From Candidatus Pacearchaeota archaeon (lineage in GTDB: Archaea > Nanobdellota > Nanobdellia > Pacearchaeales > GW2011-AR1), in the NCBI GenBank assembly GCA_016866975.1, contig VGKP01000008.1, positions 1 through 36,803 on the forward strand: a stretch of 36,803 nucleotides of DNA, written 5' to 3'. Under the pieces are notes generated by a model. The model did not search any database and was not told the DNA's origin. It saw only the letters and a list, made by a program, of their open reading frames with translations. Positions 33,366-36,803 of this stretch are shown here, piece after piece. The position numbers and the translations under genes are program-made. Every line of letters begins with the position of its first letter. The stretch's first letter is position 1.

Positions 33366-33500
33366 CTATTTTGTCTTTGGAGCGTCTGGGAGCCGGATAT
33401 ACTTGTAATGTGCTTTTTCTGAAAGGCCATTGCAAGATGGACATTTCTGTTTAAGAGTATAGACTTTCTTATCGTGATTATCGCATTTTCTAAGTTTCAT
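33366..33500 (-). CDS. nop10: Nop10-like RNA-modification protein, 44 aa (missing from ORF track)
   Basis: MKLRKC...VYTLKQKCPSC...KAHYKY. Lies downstream of aIF-2alpha, as in the conserved archaeal cluster. Confidence 0.8.
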   Translation of the reverse strand: MKLRKCDNHDKKVYTLKQKCPSCNGLSEKAHYKYIRLPDAPKTK

Positions 33501-33754
33501 TTTAAAATTAAGAGGTCTGAAAGATCTGGAAATACGCTACGATAGTTTTTATTTGAAGGCATTATCCTCTGATCTGTAAGGTGCACAGCCCTTGCGCGCA
33601 AGACTCGTGTAACTTCATCAGCCATAGAATCTTCCACTTCATAAATCCTATAGAATTCTTTAGGAGTGCTCTTCAGACCTTTGTCTTCCCTGCCAGGCTT
33701 CCTAGTGAATACTGCCCAACCTGTTCTATAAATAATGCCTATCTCAACACTCAT
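33497..33754 (-). CDS. Hypothetical protein, 85 aa
   Basis: ATGA overlaps with both neighbours. Confidence 0.6.
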   Translation of the reverse strand: MSVEIGIIYRTGWAVFTRKPGREDKGLKSTPKEFYRIYEVEDSMADEVTRVLRARAVHLTDQRIMPSNKNYRSVFPDLSDLLILK

Positions 33755-34449
33755 TTTTCCTTCGCCTCAAAGAACAATTTTTTTTCCTTGGCCTTTTTTT
33801 CTATCTCTTCTATGGCAGAACTAACCTTGGAATTCGCTTCTTTGAAATCTTTTGCTTTGCTTATGATGGCAAACTGAGAAGACCCAAGGTAAGAAATTTC
33901 TACGCCTTTTATATCAAGAGCTTTTTTAATCTCCTCAACTCCTGAAGATGAAGTGCTTCTAAGGATTATCACTCTTTTAGCTTTCTTCTCAGTCTCTTTC
34001 TTCTCAGATAATATTTTTGCAAGACTCTGCGCCTCTTCCTTGCTCATCACTTTATCCAAGATTGATTGATCTTCTCTTGCCTTGTCAAAGAAACTCCATA
34101 ATCTGTCTTTCTCCTTTATCTTAGATATTATCTTATCAGGATCCTTCGAGACTGTCTTCAACTGGCTTAGGGCAGTCTTTTCTTTTTGATATCTCTCAAG
34201 TATCTCTTCTTTCTCTTTTGCAGTAACCCTCCTTAAGCTAAGTTGTACATCATCATTTGTTATATTCAGGACTTTGCAGACTATTTTCTTGTTCACAGAA
34301 ACGTGCTCTCTCAAATTCCTTATTCTTCCAGCCGCAACTTCAGACATGGATATTGAACCTTGCCCATCCTCTTCTATATTGACAAAAACAGTCGTTCCTT
34401 CTATGCTCTTGACAGTGCACATCACCAAGTCGTCAATTTTTAATTCCAT
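33751..34449 (-). CDS. eif2a: Translation initiation factor 2 alpha subunit
   Basis: S1 domain with SMSEVAAGRIRNLRE, KIVCKVL and LSLRRV. Confidence 0.93.
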   Translation of the reverse strand: MELKIDDLVMCTVKSIEGTTVFVNIEEDGQGSISMSEVAAGRIRNLREHVSVNKKIVCKVLNITNDDVQLSLRRVTAKEKEEILERYQKEKTALSQLKTVSKDPDKIISKIKEKDRLWSFFDKAREDQSILDKVMSKEEAQSLAKILSEKKETEKKAKRVIILRSTSSSGVEEIKKALDIKGVEISYLGSSQFAIISKAKDFKEANSKVSSAIEEIEKKAKEKKLFFEAKEK

Positions 34450-34610
34450 AATATCTCCTTAATGAAGGCGCGCATCTTTCCTTTTCCTCCACTAGTTTTC
34501 ATAAGAAGATAGTTACATTTAACGCATTTTATCTTAGATGACGCCTTGCCGAACACAACCTGTTTCTGCTTGCATCTTGGGCATCCTACCCTAAGGAACT
34601 TGCTTTCCAT
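34440..34610 (-). CDS. rps27e: 30S ribosomal protein S27e, 56 aa (missing from ORF track)
   Basis: SKFLRVGCPRCKQKQVVFGKASSKIKCVKC...GGKG. Confidence 0.93.
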   Translation of the reverse strand: MESKFLRVGCPRCKQKQVVFGKASSKIKCVKCNYLLMKTSGGKGKMRAFIKEILWN

Positions 34611-34642
34611 CAAAAAGCATATCTTTGGTGTCTTTTAAACTT

Positions 34643-35965
34643 TTAGCTGGAGGATGCGGACAACCTTGGTTCGAGAATACTCTTAAGACTTTCAATGAAC
34701 TTATCTTCTTGTTCTTTTGCAATCAAACACCCCGCAGCATTAGGGTGACCTCCTACCTCTCCACCTATCTCTACAACTGCCTTATGCAGGACATCGCGGA
34801 CATTCCTTCCTTCCCTGCCTACCATCCTGGCTGAAACCTTTATCTTATTTTCGTTGTATGCAAGAGCTACTATGATTGTACCTTCATTGTAAGTTGGAGA
34901 TCTTGAAATAATAGATGCAACTGTCCCAATTATAGTGTCTTTAATATTATTTCTTGCATTTATTATCGTATAATCTTTCCCAGAGATCTTCTCTGATTCT
35001 GAGACGTACTTCAAGGCCGCTATTAGATGTTGCTTATATTCGTGGTATATCTTCTCTGCCTCTTCCCTACATCTTCTATTTCCAAGGCAAAATCCTAGAG
35101 AGATATGCGGAAAATCCATCCTACTGCAGGCGTTAATCAAGGCCGAAAACTCTCTAGCATCTTCTTGTTTGTTGAACAATTTGATAAGATATAAATTTCC
35201 TATTAGAGTATGAAGCGCTTTTTCGTCCACTCCTCTAAGCATTATTGCAGTAATCAAGTTGCTCATCTCTTCTTCTGTCAACTCATAGAGAGCCTTGTAC
35301 CTGCCTTCAATTCTGGGTATTTTTGCATCTCGAAGTATTTCGCTTGCTCCCTTGTAAGAACCAGTCACACCAGGTATAAATGGATTTGAAGAATATTCCA
35401 GCGCCCTGTCAAGGGGCCGAGATGAAGGGTAAAGGAGAAGCCCCTTTTTTATGGTCGTGTCTGCATCCTTCAAAATCTCATCATAAACTTTTCCCAAGTT
35501 TTTTTCCAGTGTATCCCCGACCATGCCAATAACTGCAAGATGGGCAAGGTCTTTATTATACTCAGACAATGTTTTTGCGAAAAGATAACATATGCCTGCC
35601 CCTGACAACATTTCATGGTTTTCAAGAAGAGGATTAACCATGAGGACGTTTGATGGGATTTGCTGGATAATCTCGTGATGGTCAAAAATAACTACTTCCG
35701 TGTTTTTTTCTTTCAGATAGTCCAAGCTGCCAGATGCAAGGTCAAGAAAAATAAGAAGATGGTTATCTGGAAGCGACTTAATAAATGGCTCTTCAAGACC
35801 TTTCACTATCTGAAGTGAGAATTTCTTGTTCCATCTTTGCATGGCTCTTGAAAAGATTGCCGCGGATGTTATGCCGTCTGTATCATAGTGACTTATGACA
35901 ATTATTGGCTTCTTTTTGCTTACAGATTCTATCAGAGTAATTGCTTCTTGTAATCTTTCTTTCAT
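34643..35965 (-). CDS. DHH-family RecJ-like nuclease (GAN/Cdc45-type)
   Basis: SHYDTDG, FLDL, FDHH, SAR and GGHPNAAG. Adjacent to rps15. Confidence 0.88.
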   Translation of the reverse strand: MKERLQEAITLIESVSKKKPIIVISHYDTDGITSAAIFSRAMQRWNKKFSLQIVKGLEEPFIKSLPDNHLLIFLDLASGSLDYLKEKNTEVVIFDHHEIIQQIPSNVLMVNPLLENHEMLSGAGICYLFAKTLSEYNKDLAHLAVIGMVGDTLEKNLGKVYDEILKDADTTIKKGLLLYPSSRPLDRALEYSSNPFIPGVTGSYKGASEILRDAKIPRIEGRYKALYELTEEEMSNLITAIMLRGVDEKALHTLIGNLYLIKLFNKQEDAREFSALINACSRMDFPHISLGFCLGNRRCREEAEKIYHEYKQHLIAALKYVSESEKISGKDYTIINARNNIKDTIIGTVASIISRSPTYNEGTIIVALAYNENKIKVSARMVGREGRNVRDVLHKAVVEIGGEVGGHPNAAGCLIAKEQEDKFIESLKSILEPRLSASSS

Positions 35966-35984
35966 AAGACCTCTTTTTAATCTC

Positions 35985-36308
35985 TTATTCAGACGGTTTA
36001 ACTAACCAAAGATTCTTTGTAAGAGATTTCTTAGCAGTATAGTCATGCTTGTGCTTCTTCTGATGTTCTTCCAGATTCTTTATCTTATTCTGGACTCTGG
36101 TCTGATCTGAATTGTCTTGTATCTTTGCATCGGAGAGTATATGAGTTATCTTTTTTCCCAATAGCTTTGCCCTAGGAATGCCGTGCTGGTCACGTAGAAT
36201 GATCCCTATTTTTGAAGGAGTATTTCCTTGTTTGTAAAGGTCAACAACAAGCTTCTCCATCTCTGCAGGTTTCATCTTGACCCATTCTGGTTTTGATTCT
36301 GTCATCAT
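35985..36308 (-). CDS. rps15: 30S ribosomal protein uS15 (S13e-type), short form
   Basis: KPEWVKM...TPSKIGIILRDQHGIP...KKITHIL. Confidence 0.9.
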   Translation of the reverse strand: MMTESKPEWVKMKPAEMEKLVVDLYKQGNTPSKIGIILRDQHGIPRAKLLGKKITHILSDAKIQDNSDQTRVQNKIKNLEEHQKKHKHDYTAKKSLTKNLWLVKPSE

Positions 36309-36344
36309 TCAACCTAGAAAGGGTCTCTTAAAAAGGTTGCGGTG

Positions 36345-36415
36345 TAAGGGAACCAAGGTTCTCTCAGGGATTCATAATCCCTGATGACCGTCAAGAATCA
36401 GCAGATTCTTGAGGC
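36345..36415 (-). repeat. Twin-hairpin module, stand-alone copy (about 53-nt core, TAAGGGAACC flank)
   Basis: TCAGGGATT-cat-AATCCCTGA, tgaccg, TCAAGAATC-agca-GATTCTTGA, GG. Shares TAAGGGAACC with 10993-11002. Confidence 0.75.
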
Positions 36416-36449
36416 CTTATGGATCAACCTTCCTTTCAACTAACAGTTG

Positions 36450-36707
36450 CTAACCTAATTTTAGTGTCTGAATTATATCTTCTGCATTTACGGGCTTAAA
36501 GAGATAAGAATGATAGTCTCTTCCTCTAGTCAGGCCTTGAGTTATTAGATCTTCCTCACTTTGACTGCTTAGCGCGACTACCCTGGCATTTTTGGAATGT
36601 GCATCTGAGAGTATCTTTTCAAGTAATGGCCTATTATTGTAATCATCAGAGATGAAAAAGTAAGGCTCTATAATCAAAGAGCGATAATCATATTTTGAGA
36701 TTAATTT
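36450..36707 (-). pseudogene. C-terminal part of a CheY-like receiver-domain gene, apparently cut by repeat copy H
   Basis: Frame is open from the element edge: KLISKYDYRSLIIEP...VVALSS...YLFKPVNAEDIIQTL. In-frame TGA at 36713-36711 lies inside the element. Confidence 0.45.
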
Positions 36708-36803
36708 ATGTCAAGGAACTTGACTAAAACTCCAGCTTTTAAGCTGGAGTTGTTCCTTGAGCATCCAAAAAACGAGCGCCTGCAACAAACCTCGGCTTTT
36801 AAG
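36708..36803 (+). repeat. Palindromic AT-flanked element, copy H (3'-truncated by window edge)
   Basis: Arm 1 is identical to B, C and E. Arm 2 matches A and D. Confidence 0.93.

Noticed and set aside
34609-34650. Weak resemblance to element ends (GCTTTTTG-AT; TTTTAGCTGGAG) before rps27e
   Set aside because: Too short, no hairpin architecture, and expected by chance in AT-rich DNA.
329-35685. Numerous 60-150-aa antisense or alternate-frame ORFs in the ORF track
   Set aside because: They lie within well-supported genes on the other strand or frame and show no independent motifs.
1-36803. CRISPR array or diversity-generating retroelement as the explanation for the repeats
   Set aside because: Copies are kilobases apart with no regular spacers. 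No cas or reverse transcriptase gene and no adenine-biased template/variable pair were seen.

Overview
36.8-kb AT-rich archaeal window. The gene content (RadA, RPA, aIF-2alpha, aEF-1beta, S27e, S15, Nop10, a RecJ/GAN-type DHH nuclease, many class III signal-peptide proteins) points to a DPANN archaeon, most plausibly Pacearchaeota-like; this is inference. The left third is a cell-surface locus: a T2SSF/TadC-type platform protein, 11 pilin-like genes including two unannotated micro-pilins, a secreted HExxH peptidase-LamG protein, Cys-module surface proteins and a prepilin peptidase. The right two thirds are housekeeping genes plus a complete IS701-like element, an intein-containing radA, a VapBC pair, tRNA-Arg(GCG) and a split OGFOD1/Tpa1-like oxygenase pair. 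The most striking signal is a family of short palindromic elements with no transposase of their own: 8 copies, full length 120 nt, inserted at AT dinucleotides. They consist of two structurally equivalent hairpin arms with extensive compensatory changes and are free of stops in one frame on each strand. They sit in-frame inside a signal peptide and inside the IS transposase, and they host a second 51-nt twin-hairpin module that also occurs on its own. The window begins and ends inside copies of this element. All family assignments come from motif reading by eye; no database searches were run.
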